A DNA stretch of 42,033 bases from Eukaryota sp. GEM-RC1 (GCA_040285855.1 JAUFOQ010000017.1:1798001-1840033), one strand, 5' to 3'. Positions 21,832 through 34,100 are shown, counted from the stretch's first letter. Made by a program: numbers and translations. Notes: generated from the letters alone by a model not told the origin.

Positions 21832-22065
21832 ATGGTCGTTTTCTTATTTTTTGCTGTTGCTACGTTAGCTGGCACCAAAGGCTGGGACCTCTCAGTCGTT
21901 CAGAACGATGTTTCAGAATCATCCTTTAAATCTCTTTACAACCATGGATATCGCTAGCTTCCATTAATACTAGAGCGTTCCAATGGTCTCAAGAACCTGT
22001 ATGCACCTAATGTTTATCGTCGAGCGCGCGCTGCTGGCTTTAAGTTCCTTGATTTCTCCATCTCA
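21832..22065 (+). pseudogene. GH25-type lysozyme-like gene fragment
   Basis: Signal peptide then KGWDLSVVQNDVSESSFKSLYNHGYR*..RSNG....APNVYRRARAAGFKFLDF, resembling the N-terminus of protist GH25 lysozymes; premature stop and truncation. Confidence 0.6.
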
Positions 22066-22279
22066 GGAATGTTATTATGTTATATTCAATGTATATATTT
22101 TTCCCAAAGTATTTGAATCGTGTTCTGGACAAATTGTATCGTGGTAGTTCAAAAGTAGATGCAGATCATTTAATATCTTTTAAGTACTAGTAGTTTGTAT
22201 TTTGTTAATTTATAACACAAAGCCATTTTGTTATTTAAATATACATAATATTGTGTGGATTTCAGTGTTCGAAATTTCC

Positions 22280-24150
22280 CATGTGTTTTTTAAAAGAGAC
22301 TGTGACGGTGTTAACACGCGTGTCCACACGGTGTCTTATATGTGTCTTTTGGGTGCTTTTGCGTGTTTTTTTTGAAAAGAGTTTCTGATCCATGGCACAG
22401 AGTTTGATTATATAAACATTGTTTTGGGCAAATTCTTGCCTTTATCTAACAGCTCATCTCTGAAACTTGGATTCTGTGGTTCTGTTGAGTTGAATTGGTG
22501 TTTGACAGCGCATCAGGTAATTTTTTTTGCCACTTTTTGCTGGCAGTGTAGTCTATTGTGGTATAACATATAGAAAAACATTCAAGTCAAACAATATCGA
22601 GGGAAATTAAAGGGTATTTTCGAAGCTTTCTAGGTTTTTTGCAGAAAAACACGTACACACGCGCTGTCTTTTTGCGTGTTTTAGAAAAGACACCGTGTAC
22701 GTGTCCAAAGGTGTCCACGCGTGTCTTCGAACTCTGCTTCAGACACAGATTCTGGGAAACATTTAGACCAAACGTCAAACGGTAATTTGATCAACGCTTC
22801 GTTTAAGTATAAATATTTACATGAATCGGGGTTAACAAGTGAAATATCATTAGGAAATCGATTAACAAATTCAAAAATGAAATTTTTTCCGCCCCGTAAA
22901 AAAGTAGATTTACAAAGAATTGACAATTTGGTAGTACCAATACCACCAAAATGAGCAGAAGTAAACAAATGACTTCTAAGTAACGTTGAATCACTTTCTA
23001 ACAATGATGCAAAAAAAATTAATCCTCAACTCATTAAAAGATCTACGCAAATTCAGAAGATTGAAGGAACTGTAGATCTCAAAAGAAGTGTGATTATTCC
23101 GGAGTAGAAATTTATAAACAATTCATATGTCATTATGTTTCGCTTAGAAACAGTTTATTGACGGAGGGTACAAAAATACATAGCATAATAAAAGAAATAC
23201 ACTATGTAATACAGTGTTACTGTCTTGCATTTTTGTTATCAGTGGATACTGCTGCATTGAACAATCACATCTTCTCAGATCCTCATCATGGTAGTAATGG
23301 TTTCACGTCGTCTAAATGGTGGACCAAATCTGCGCTTTCATTGGTGGTGGTAAGAATTTTGGCTTTGAGTTCTGTAGACGTTACCCAAGTCAAGAAAATC
23401 TTCTTGTTTCGACAAGTACTAGTAGTTTTTTCTTGGTAAATTTGAGATCAGAATTGTCGCTAATTTCACCTGACCTCGGGCAAACTTGTTTTCCAGCAGA
23501 TATTTGTGAAATACCAGAACGATGTGTCATCTCTTTAAAATTTGCTCTTAAGAAACTCCAAATACACCTCTTAAAACATTTTGAATGTATGGGTTTTAAA
23601 ATTCGACTTGGCTCGGCCAAAGAAAAAAATTGGGCGTTCGCAAATTTTTTAATCGATTTGAAGGACAGTTTTTCAGTTGCTTTGATTAACCAAATTCCTC
23701 AGATTTATGGTTTGTTGTTGAATGATCATCAATTGACTACAACATTCAGACTTCAATGTTTCTTGTGGTCCTCTAATTTACCCAATGATTTTCAATGTAA
23801 GTGTGGTAAATTAGTTACTTTTTCTCACCTTTTGAGTTGCAATCGTTTCATTACTTATAGAACTTGTACTCATGATGCTGTCAGAGATCAAATTCATGCC
23901 ATGTGTAAGTCCTACAAAATCGAATCTTTCGTTGAGTCACTGTTGAGATCACTGAAAATCAATAATTTAAAAAATAAAGATGCTGATAAGACTTTTGGAT
24001 AAAAGAAGAGCTGATGTCATAGTTCCATCAGTCAATGATGAACTATTGGTAGTTGATGTGATAATTGTGTGTGTTTGCAAAAAAGTGCATTCAAGGATGC
24101 TAAAAATGAAGTTTCTCCAATGGATTTTTCAGAACAATACAAGAGAAACA
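22280..24150 (+). mobile_element. Deleted non-LTR retrotransposon with restriction-like endonuclease (CRE/R2-type), copy 1
   Basis: CKCG...SHLLSC zinc knuckle, THDAVRD, then KRRADVIVP...LLVVDV (RLE motif). ACACGCGTGTC-type repeats at 22310-22730 may be the 5' UTR. RT core not seen; 5' boundary approximate. Confidence 0.72.
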
Positions 24151-24289
24151 AATTGATCTCTTGGCAGACATTATGAGGATAATGTAGGTGAGAATTTTCA
24201 GATAGGCAATCTGGTCTTTGAGGGTATTGATTATTAGATGCATGTACACTGTAGTGTACTTGTCAATAAAAATTGTTTACTGAAAAAAA

Positions 24290-25270
24290 TGATGAACCAC
24301 TTCTAAGATCTTTAGAACCAAATAATAATTGTAATGCCGAAAAACAGAACCAATTTTTTGGTAAACGGATAGCAGATGTTGTTGTCCCTTCTTCTTCAGA
24401 CAAATTGTTTGTTGTCGATGTAGTGTCAGTGGATGTTTGTAAAAAGACATCTTTAAAGAATGCTTACTCTGAAACTTCCCCTTTAGACAGTTCTGAACAA
24501 GCCAAACAGGATAAGTACAAGAAATCATTGATGGCTCTTAAACATGTAAAACATGTTGAATACGAATTATGCCCTTTGCTGTTTCCAATTTACGGACGTT
24601 TAGGAAAAGGTGCATTGAATTTTATATTCGATTTCGGAAAGATCGTAAAAAATAGGATGCGCAAACGTTTTGATCATAGCTTGAAATTATATAATTTTTC
24701 CATAATAATTTGTCATAATAATAATAATAATCTCTATAATAATAATAATAATCTTTCTTTCACCATACTTGTCGAAATTACACACCTATTATTGTCTTGT
24801 GTCTTGCTCTACACTACAAGTTAGAACGTTTCTGAGCTTCCTGATCTCAAAGAAGAAGAAAAAACCTCATTATAACCAGTAGTAAACGTACATGTAGATG
24901 AGTTTCGATTGTTTTCCATTACAAAATTCTGTTTGACTATCATTGCTATAATTATCAATATTATGGAATTATGCTTGTAATAATAATAATCATAATGATA
25001 ATAATAATAATTATTTTTTGAGTTCATAATTTCAAGCTATGGTTTTGATCATATGTTATGGTTGAATCGGATCGTTTTTACTGTTTTTAAAACAATTGCC
25101 CTAATCATCTCCAAAGTTTTATTAGCTGTGAGTTCCTTTTATGAGCACAAAGCTGTTGTAAGATTTGATAGCGACGGGTGCTGTTTTAATGATATCAAAT
25201 TTTAGTTGTTTAGTCTATTACATTTAGAATACATTAAGCTTTTTTTTGTACTGTATATTTGTTTTATTTT
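24290..25270 (+). mobile_element. 5'-truncated RLE non-LTR retrotransposon, copy 2 (endonuclease and 3' end)
   Basis: EPLLR..KRIADVVVP..LFVVDV..EQAKQDKY..PIYGRLG; after removing the MITE it continues RFDHMLWLNRIVF.. to TAG at 25203-25205. Confidence 0.8.
24675..25041. mobile_element. hAT-type MITE (367 bp)
   Basis: Perfect 16-bp TIR CATAGCTTGAAATTAT, 8-bp TSD GTTTTGAT (24667-24674, 25042-25049), ATA/AAT subterminal repeats. The empty site is visible in the paralogous copy near 28095-28105. Confidence 0.93.
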
Positions 25271-25513
25271 TATTAATTCATATGACCAGATTTCTAATTT
25301 CAATGCGAAAGATGAGATCTACACAAATCTCCTTTATTTAGATTTGACAGTAGCAGCTGAGGAGAACAATGCGTTTAAAACCTGGTCTATAATCATTTTC
25401 AACAGATCTCAACTCCATTGACAACAAAAAGTCCTGAAAACAAAATGATATCCGAACTACAATGTATGTACTAACTTTCATTAAGAAATAAACTCATTCA
25501 CATATTCGATTAT

Positions 25514-25999
25514 ATGAGTGAAAAACCTACACACAAACCAACAAATCCAAGACCAGTGGAATTTGATGTGAAGGGACGGGGACATTCAGGTGAAGGATTC
25601 CACGGCAGAGGCAGAGAAGGAAGACACAAAAACCTGGAGAGTGAGCCTCATGCAAGTGTAGAGGAATGGCTAAGAGACAGTGAGTCGAAAACGGTATGTA
25701 CTGAACCACTAGAAGGATCTCCAAGTGATTTTCCAGAACTCCGTCAAGAGTACGAGGAATATGCCGAAACTTTACCATCAGTTCATCCTGAAGCGTTATC
25801 TCGTGAAGGCCGAGAAATAGAAGAAGGGGAAAACTTCCGTCATAAGGGAAGAGATGATACTGACGCTCCAAAATTTCGCGGCCAAAAGGCGTTAGTCAGA
25901 AAAATTCACCGCAAGAAGGTATCAGCAAATGTGAAAGAAAAGGCAATGCAAAAATTAGAGGAGATGAAGAGAGATCATTCAAGAAGAAGTATAGAATGA
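25514..25999 (+). CDS. Hypothetical charged, probably disordered protein (161 aa); weak resemblance to SERBP1/Stm1-type RG-rich proteins
   Basis: Clean ATG-to-stop ORF with coding-like composition; EFDVKGRGHSG..GRGREGR..SVEEW is only suggestive. Confidence 0.55.
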   Translation: MSEKPTHKPTNPRPVEFDVKGRGHSGEGFHGRGREGRHKNLESEPHASVEEWLRDSESKTVCTEPLEGSPSDFPELRQEYEEYAETLPSVHPEALSREGREIEEGENFRHKGRDDTDAPKFRGQKALVRKIHRKKVSANVKEKAMQKLEEMKRDHSRRSIE

Positions 26000-26178
26000 T
26001 GACTTAAATAGGAACAGAGATGCAATATCAGTTTCAAAAAATATCCAGTTACAAATAATAGTGGTAGCAATACAGTGGCATCAAACACAAGAAGTAAGCA
26101 TATCAACCAGAAGAGCATTACACACTACCAGCGAGAGGATAGTGAGTTGATGTAGGTACATTTCCTTTTTCTCTTAGA

Positions 26179-26632
26179 ATGTCTAAAGCCGTTCAAACTT
26201 TCGGTCGTAAGGTTTGGTTTACTTCTTCAACTTATCGCAGAAGACTGCCATCGCTGTTGCTCACTGCAAGGAGGGATCCGGAATTATCAAGGTTAACGGA
26301 TGTCCTCTTCATCTCGTTAAACCAGAAATTCTCCGCCTCAAGGTTTATGAACCCATAACTCTTCTAGGAGCAGAGCGTTTCGCTGATGTAGATATCCGCA
26401 TCCGTGTTCGTGGAGGTGGTTACACATGTCAGATCTATGCCATCCGTCAAGCCATTGCTCGTGCTATTGTATCTTACTATCAAAAGTACGTTGATGAACA
26501 ATCAAAAGAGAGATCAAGCAGATCCTCGTTTCATATGACAGATCTCTTCTTGTTGCTGATCCTCGCCGATGTGAATCCAAGAAATTCGGAGGTCCCGGTG
26601 CCAGAGCACGCTTCCAAAAGTCATACCGTTAA
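26179..26632 (+). CDS. RPS16: 40S ribosomal protein S16 (uS9); intron 26212-26240
   Basis: [11 protein letters not shown]^[79 protein letters not shown]. 29-nt GT-AG intron; one A missing in the run at ~26504. Confidence 0.97.
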
Positions 26633-27001
26633 GTTTCTCATCTTGTTGCTTCTTCATTATACCAACGTCTTTTGTTGTCTGTCTTCTCTTCATTGTTGAC
26701 AACATCCCTAGTCGATAAAATCTTATTCCTTTTATATGTGCAGTTGTAAGCAGTGATCGTCAAACCGTAAAATAATAATAGCGTGCGTTTTATGGAATTG
26801 CCACAAATTCGGTACGGTACCAACTGTTGTTTTCCGTAAAATAGAGTTTCCCATAAAATACGGAAATTATTTGAGAATCAATTTTCTTGCCATACCACAT
26901 TTGTAACCTTGATACATAAAACTGTCTCTCCATAACTTGCCTATCATGAACATAGTATCATGGCTTCAAACGCTCAATATAAGAACACTGGGTTTATTTC
27001 A

Positions 27002-27283
27002 TTACACTGATGCAGGTTTTCTTGGACACTCTTTATGTAAATGACGAACTTGTTTGCATGTTCCACATGGAGCTTTACATGTCTTTTGAAAATGACGTAG
27101 AAGCAGACAGTTCTTACACACAACTTTCTTCTTTGGAATCGCCTCTTCATTTTGAATACCATGAACTGTGGATTCGTCGATAGAAGTACTAATAGCTGGA
27201 GGTAAAAGAGATCGACTTACGCTCTGCAATGCTTGTTCAAGATGTTCACTCTCATCTTCCTCACAGATGTGTAAGAACTCCAA
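27002..27283 (-). CDS. Small double zinc-knuckle ORF fragment inside the transposon
   Basis: CKNCLLLRHFQKTC and CGTCKQVRHLHKEC (two CX2CX4HX4C). Confidence 0.55.
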   Translation of the reverse strand: MEFLHICEEDESEHLEQALQSVSRSLLPPAISTSIDESTVHGIQNEEAIPKKKVVCKNCLLLRHFQKTCKAPCGTCKQVRHLHKECPRKPASV

Positions 27284-27906
27284 TTCTTGTACAGGCTATC
27301 GATCACATCTTGTTCATCATCTTGTTCACCATTATCACATTCCAGTAACCAATGTCGGAGAAATGATTCCTGACTTGATCTCTTACTTACTGGTAAACCA
27401 TAAACCCTTCGTTACATCCTTGACATACCAGTTCCTCGCTAGCAGGGTACTCGTCCTGAATCTGTTGAAGTTGCTATAGGTTCTTTTTCTGCATCTTTTA
27501 GTTCAGATCCACGACAGCAATAAAGATAAGAAGATTGTATATTAGTGTTTCTTTTGTATATAGTATATCAATGTTGTCCATAATAATCGGAAGCAGTGAT
27601 CAAAACATCTACTGAAGACTGTCTCTAAGCCTTTCTGGAAGCAAATCAGAGTTACAACAAACACCTTTCTTGGTCTGGGGAAGATGAGAGAAAGTTTTAA
27701 GTCGCAGGTTTAGAAATTCCCAAATTACTTACGGAAAAACAATTCATGATAATTCCGTAACCGTCTCTTTGCATTGAGACATGAATTTGAGATGATATAG
27801 AGGTATTTGTATCTCATTTGTTAATATTGATGATAGTTTGTATTTGTAAGAGTAAATAAAAGGCGTTTTGTTTATTCCGTAAAATATCGATATGTATTTT
27901 TCGAGA

Positions 27907-28302
27907 AATAGTTTTATTATAAATGTAATAGATCAAACAACTAGAATTTGATATCATTAAAACAACACCCGTCGCTATCAAACCTTACAACAGCTTTGTC
28001 CTCATAAAACGAACTCACTGCTAATAAAGCTTTGGAGATGATGAAGGGAACTGTTTTAAAAACAGTAAAAACGATCCGATTCAACCATAACATATGATCA
28101 AAACGTTTGTTCATCCTTTTTTTTTACGATTTTTCCGAAATCGTTTAAAAAATTCAATGCACTTTTTCCTAAACGACCGTAAATTGAAACAGCAAAGGGC
28201 ATAATTCGTACTCAACATGTTTTACATGTTTTAAAGCCATCAATGGTTTTTTGTACTTATCCTGTTTGGCCTGTTCAGAAATGTCTAAAGGAGAAGTTTC
28301 AG
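27907..28302 (-). mobile_element. RLE non-LTR retrotransposon 3' fragment, copy 3 (inverted, nested in the hAT-like element)
   Basis: Reverse complement closely matches 24470-24674 plus 25050-25230 without the MITE. Confidence 0.88.
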
Positions 28303-29079
28303 GTATTTTTCCGTCAACAATGTTAAAGATGATCCGTATCAACAACTACTTCACGAAGCTGGAAGACCCTCCACATCCTAGGAACCATACTTGTAATCTC
28401 ATCTGACTGCTACAAGTGCACGTACTGTCAACCCAGTTTTTTCCCCTAGATTAATAAGGGAAAAGTATACACCAATCCACTTTATCATTCCAAAACTGGC
28501 CGTTTGGATGAATAGTAAAGTTTTGAATCTTCAAAAGGTCAAGAAGATATTATGTTCCATATCCTCAAATAAAATAAGGGCATTGTTATGATAGAAATAC
28601 ATATGATTTTGACTGTGGCGTTCACTACAAACAAACGAACAATCAAGTTATCAATTCTTGTTCTGGACACGTCAAAAACCAAAATGAATTTGCGGTGAAA
28701 CATCAGTACGGTTCCGTATTGCAATTATTTACAGAAAATAATATTCTTGCCGTAAAATATAACGTTCTGGAAAATACGGAAATTATGTAAATATTTCAAA
28801 AGTTACCGTAGTTATGGTTTTTAGTATTGACAATCACTGGTTGTAAGAGAAACAAACCCTATATCATATTTCTCAAGGTCGTTTATTGGGAACATCAACG
28901 AGGGTTGTTTATTTAAATGATTGAATGATCACACATATCATTAAATCTCCCTTGGGTCCAAAAACATGTTATAGAAAACCCATCCTAATCAACATCACAA
29001 ACCCAAAAAGGAACTGAAGTACGATTGAATTCAGAGCTTAACACACTAGTTTAACACACTCATCATAACAATAAAATCG

Positions 29080-29472
29080 TCATGTGATTAGTGGATGAGC
29101 GACTTTTCTATTTTCCATCACTTTTGTTACAGAACATTGCATCTCCTCAAAATTTAGGGGAATCATAACATGACCAGCTTCACTAAAACAAAGAATGACA
29201 CCCAGATCATCAGACGAGGTTGAGAGATAGAATGCTCTGGCATCTCCAAGCGAGATTATTCGAGCTCTTATTATATCAGTTGGTTGGAAAGATTTATACA
29301 TGTCAACTGCATCAGGATTGAAGGAGCGAACATCTCGTTGACGGAGAACAGCAGGATATTTATCAGGAAATGGACCAGATTCCGATCCTAAAATAGTCAG
29401 GTGTACAGATCGACGATTAACTCGGACAACCTGAGCAAAGACTACAGAATTGTCTTCGGGAAAAACAGACAT
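29080..29472 (-). CDS. CSL4: Exosome cap subunit Csl4/EXOSC1 (S1 plus Zn-ribbon-like domains, 130 aa)
   Basis: LRQRDVRS..VDMYKSFQPTDIIRARIISLGD..FYLSTSSDDLGV..SEAGHVMIPL..EMQC..TKVMENRKVA. Confidence 0.92.
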   Translation of the reverse strand: MSVFPEDNSVVFAQVVRVNRRSVHLTILGSESGPFPDKYPAVLRQRDVRSFNPDAVDMYKSFQPTDIIRARIISLGDARAFYLSTSSDDLGVILCFSEAGHVMIPLNFEEMQCSVTKVMENRKVAHPLIT

Positions 29473-29505
29473 GAGAAAAGTTTCTCTCCAAAAAGTCCTA
29501 ATCTA

Positions 29506-29689
29506 CTGTATCCTGCCTAATCGAGCACCTGGTTTTATGGGTGCTCTATTAGACAGTTGCTGCATCTTAGAGCACCTTCTCCTAATTGTGCCCAGATATA
29601 CTCCTTGTATAATTGCAGCTGCTCTATTAGGCAGGTGCTATATCTTAGAGCACCTTTTTATTTTGGTTGCTCTATTAGGCAGGATATAG
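29506..29689. mobile_element. Tc1/mariner(pogo)-type MITE (184 bp)
   Basis: TIR CT(G/A)TATCCTGCCTAAT(C/A)GAGCA, flanked by TA on both sides (29504-29505, 29690-29691); internal repeats of the TIR motif. Confidence 0.85.
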
Positions 29690-29781
29690 TATTATGAATC
29701 CAAAGATTCATTAATACTACAGATTCACTGTAGTAAATAAAGGCTATGACTATGACTATGACAAATGACTGGGTCTAACTC

Positions 29782-30965
29782 CTAGACCCGCTCCAAATGA
29801 TGTTCCACAATCGTCTTGATGTTGATACATGCTAACTTGTTACGATTCCAAATCTTGGCGCTACCATTACATTTTTCTCTACATTCTTGGGACTTGCATC
29901 TTAACAAAGCGTGACACTTTACAAGAGGTTCCTTCTCTCTTTCCATGGTTTTGGATTACTGATTTCTTTGAACACTTTAACTGGTAACAAGTAGGACACT
30001 TTGAAGATGTGTAACTCTCATCTACAAGAACCATATTGTAACCATTTCTCTTAAAGAATTTCTCCAACCCACACCTCTACTTGATCGGAGATGTTTTAGG
30101 TTCTGCCTCTTATTACCATTGTCACCAAACATCAATACACTGTCATTTTCATTCCATCCTTTTTTAGTCATATTTTTCAACAACTTACTTTCTGTTTTTG
30201 AATATGGACGTATCTTTGAATTTTTTTTGACTGCGCCTTATCATCAAACAGTATTTATCTAATGTTGGTTCAATAACTGTCAGTTTGGAACCTACATAGT
30301 CATAGAATGTGTCTTAAAAAGTGGATTTCGAATTTTCTTTGGATAATGTTGACTCTTCTTGTTCAACTGTTTTTTCCTATGTTCGGTTCAACACGTGTTG
30401 AATATATTCTGAGCAGAAAAGAATAGCTCACCTTAAGATCAACAAACTGAAAAAAACACATCTGTTCTCACTCATGTTACAGCCGAACCAAGTTGATAAA
30501 TTGGCACAGATTTTCAATGATTCCAAAACTGATAACATGAAGAGCTCAACAATAATCCAGACATTTAAAGTACACTTTGGAGTAAACTTGAATTTTTTAC
30601 CTTTATTCAATATAGTTTTGTCTAGATCAGTAGAAATTTACCCAAATTCATTGAAGTGACAAAGAAGAATGACATATCCAACACGTGTTGGACTTCTCGA
30701 CAACACCATTCAGCTCGTGTTGAGGTTACTCCGAACATAGGTTTTTTCATCTTGGAGAATGAATTCTTTTTCTTTGTCCTTCTATACTTTTGATGAATCC
30801 TTGTCCATCTGGACCATTCTGTCTCTGTCAATCTTAGCCACTCATATTCTTTGTCTCCTCTTTCTCGGGCTTCTTCTTTAGGAAATGGCCTATTTACTTT
30901 CTCTGAACAAAAATAGAGTAAATCTGTTTTTCCAGGGTCAATAAACACTTGTGTTTTCAATTTTT
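29782..30965 (-). pseudogene. Second Fanzor1, decayed and 5'-truncated
   Basis: VFIDPGKTDLLYFC (RuvC-I), LMFGDNG, VLVDESYTSSKCPTC, IWNRNKLACINI (RuvC-III Asp>Asn); stops, frameshifts and a MITE insertion. Confidence 0.85.
30376..30741. mobile_element. MITE (366 bp) inserted in the second Fanzor
   Basis: Perfect 11-bp TIR CCTATGTTCGG/CCGAACATAGG extended by imperfect TCAACACG.G.TGAAT; T6 runs on both flanks; removal rejoins Fanzor ..K|TVEQEESTLSK. Confidence 0.82.
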
Positions 30966-31137
30966 AGCAATGTACTGACCAAAAAACTTCAATGACCGAA
31001 TCATGAAGCAGTACATTGGGTTTCAGTGTGTCAGTTTGATCAGATCTTAGTATAAGAGGTCTAGGACGAGATTGTGTTGGAATTCCACGATGCTGATGTT
31101 GTACAATTCGAGATTTTTGAGAAGATTTTTTCTTTTT

Positions 31138-34100
31138 TGTGGCTTCTGGAACTAAAGACTAGAGGTTTATAAAGAATAGTCAATATCTTAACACTAAATA
31201 CATTGACACGTCATCATGACAATACACTGGCTGCTTCTATTTTCTTTTCTTCCTCTGAGGTTGCTTCAATTTATGATCTTTCATATAATTGATGAGTTTT
31301 GCATCATTCTTCAGATTTTCACGAGGTTCCCAAGTTTCTACCTTACCTAACCATCTTATGAGAAACCAATATCCGTCCGAAAGCATCATATGCTCTTTAA
31401 TCTCATCTATAACGAATTCATTAAGATCAGTTGCGGCAACTTCTATCAAAGAGTGCACTTCGTTACCTGAGTGGTAGTAGGGAATTAATTAATGTTTGTT
31501 TGCAAGATAAGTAGCATTGGAGGTTACGCTGGCAATCATATAACTGTTGGAACCCACTAAAGACACGATTTGGAAAGGACCTTCATGTCCATGAAGTTTT
31601 CCAAAACGTTTAGGACTAAATCTTAATACTAAATCTCCGATCTGAAAGCGTTGTTCATCTGGCTGATTGGACAGAAGTTTATCAAGGTAATGTTCATGAT
31701 CAGTTCTCGCTTGTTTGGCTTTTTCCATAATTACAGCAGTCATATTACGAATATAAGTGATTGTATCATCTTCTTTTCTAAGGGTATTTGGACATTGACA
31801 GGTTCGGTTAATGATTGTAGAGCTTCAAGTAAGTTTCTTCGAGGGGAAGTGTCGGAACCAAATATGATTTCGTTTGGAGTTGCGTTAGTGATAGAACATT
31901 TTGTCGAATTCAGAGTAAGTTGTACAAGGGGAATAAGGAACGACCAGGATTGATAGAGATTGAAGTCTTTCATGAAATTGACTGAACCAAGGAATGATTT
32001 CAACTGTTTCGCGTTTGCAGGGGCTGGTAATTCTAAAATTGATTTCACTCGATCAGGGTCTAAAAATTTCTGATGGTTTTGATAGATAAAGCCAAAAAGG
32101 TGGATAGGCACTGAGAAATGGACTAGTCTGCTTTTCTTTGGGGCCAATCGAATATTGTACTTGATACACAGCTTGAGAATCTTTTCGATACCTGTTAAAA
32201 AATTTTCTTCTGATTTGGCAGCGAGTACGATGTTATCGATAGACACAAAGGTTTGATGATCTCGAAAAATTTCGTCCATTAGGTTTTGGAATATAGCGGG
32301 AATATTAGTGAGACCGAAAGAGGCTCGACAGAATTCAATAGCCATTCCAGGAATTGCAACTGCAGTTTTGGGAATGTCATTTTCGGCAATTGGCATTTGA
32401 TAATATGCCCTTGGCGGATCAAATTCTGCAATGGGCGTCTACTAACATAGAATCAATCTCCGACATCAAGGGCAAATTTGCAGGAATAAGAATCGTATTA
32501 GCATTGATTCCTTAAACACCCGAATAATCTCCGCATATTCTGGGCTTTTTGTTCTTGTATTCCACGTATACTATTGGGGATTTGTGTTTTCGAGAAGATA
32601 CTTCTGCGATTCCTTTCTTGATAAAGTCTTCGAACTGTTTCATGGCTTCTTGGAGTCTTGAGGGCTTCAATGGTCTGGGCTCAAACCATACCTTCTTAGA
32701 TTCGTCTTTGAAAGGAATGGTCATTGGAGTAACCTTCATTCCTTCAGCTGGAAATTCAGGGTTGAAAACTTCCGAGTACTTCTCAAGAAGTTTATGAGAA
32801 TTTTCTACGAGTTGAGGATTCAATTTCTTGATTTCTATTTCGCGATGGAATGATACACTGTCCTAGTACAAACAGAAAGAGGGTCTGGAATCTCAGTGTC
32901 GTCATCTTCTTGGAAGTTTTCCAGCTCGATGTGAATCCCTTTTTCAGTCATCAGCCCTAATCTTGTCAAATTATCAGCTCCAATAAGAACGCGTTCAATA
33001 CCAGAAAAAACTATAAGTGAAGTATCGATAATCAATCGGCCTGCTGCTCCTTTTACAAGAATCGAAAGTTTACAGCGTATTTCACCGATTACGTTAGCAT
33101 CGTTTCCATCGGCGGTTTCCAGCGATTGTTGAGTGGGAATGAAGGGAAGAGATAAACGTTGAGCTAGGTCGTGGCTGATTGTGGAGGTTTGTGCACCGGA
33201 ATCCAAGATACATGGGAGATCAAAATTGTTAATTGTGACAGTAGTTTGTAAGAGGGAAGATGGTTCAGTAACTAAGCAGTTTGAGTACATAGGTTCGTTG
33301 TTTCCAAATAAGCCGTGAGAAAAAAGCGGTCTGGACTGGGCTTCACGTGGTTCATCCTTAATTTTTTCTTGGGACAGTGGAGAGCGATGTGACCAGGTTG
33401 GTGGCAGTACCAACAATTTCTTTTATTAATGTCTTCTCTTCTTTGATCCTGCTTCTTCATTTGTTCCTTTGAGGATTCATTTCTGAATGATGGTCTTTCT
33501 GTGCGTCTTTGGAAGTATTGCTTCTTAGTTGAATGACTGAATTGGTCATACTGGAGGTAGAGCTCTAATGCTTCTGAGGAAATCTTGGCTAGTGTTGCCT
33601 CTTCTGATTGGATTTCTTCTTGCGTTCGACGGCGAACAAAGTTAGGACGTAGACCTTCAAATTTCTGCAGGGACCATTGATCTGGTAGTTTTAGCGACTT
33701 TCATCGAGCCTGTCAGTCGTAAAATTTGCCAAGATAATGAGTGAATCGATCATTGGGATGGTCTTGGCTTAAAGTCAAGTGGATTTTTTAAACATGGCAG
33801 TGACTTCTGCGGCGGAACTGAATTGATAACTTTCTTCGAGGTAGTTCAATAGGGCTTCGTCTGAATCTTGAACACCTGGTTGCCATTCGTTGAGTATCGA
33901 CAAATAGCGGGCACTTACACAAGCTCTAAGAGGTACTTGCTCGGAACCGGGAACTAGTTTTACGTATTGTTTGAATTCACATACGAAAGAATAAATCGAC
34001 TTTATATGAAAGAGACTCAAGCTTTGGAGGCCTGATCTGGAAGTTTGGGGTCATTGCCAGGAGTGATCACTGTGGCTTCTGGAACTAAAGACTAGAGGTT

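Larger units (their letters stand above)
26751..28839. mobile_element. Non-autonomous DNA transposon (hAT-like, 2,089 bp) with cargo
   Basis: TIR CAGTGAT(C/T)GTCAA, 8-bp TSD GTTGTAAG (26743-26750, 28840-28847), CCGTAA/TACGG subterminal repeats. Confidence 0.88.

Noticed and set aside
23075..23281. Imperfect ~24-bp inverted repeat bounding ~200 bp (possible MITE or solo LTR)
   Set aside because: No target-site duplication found and the match is imperfect.
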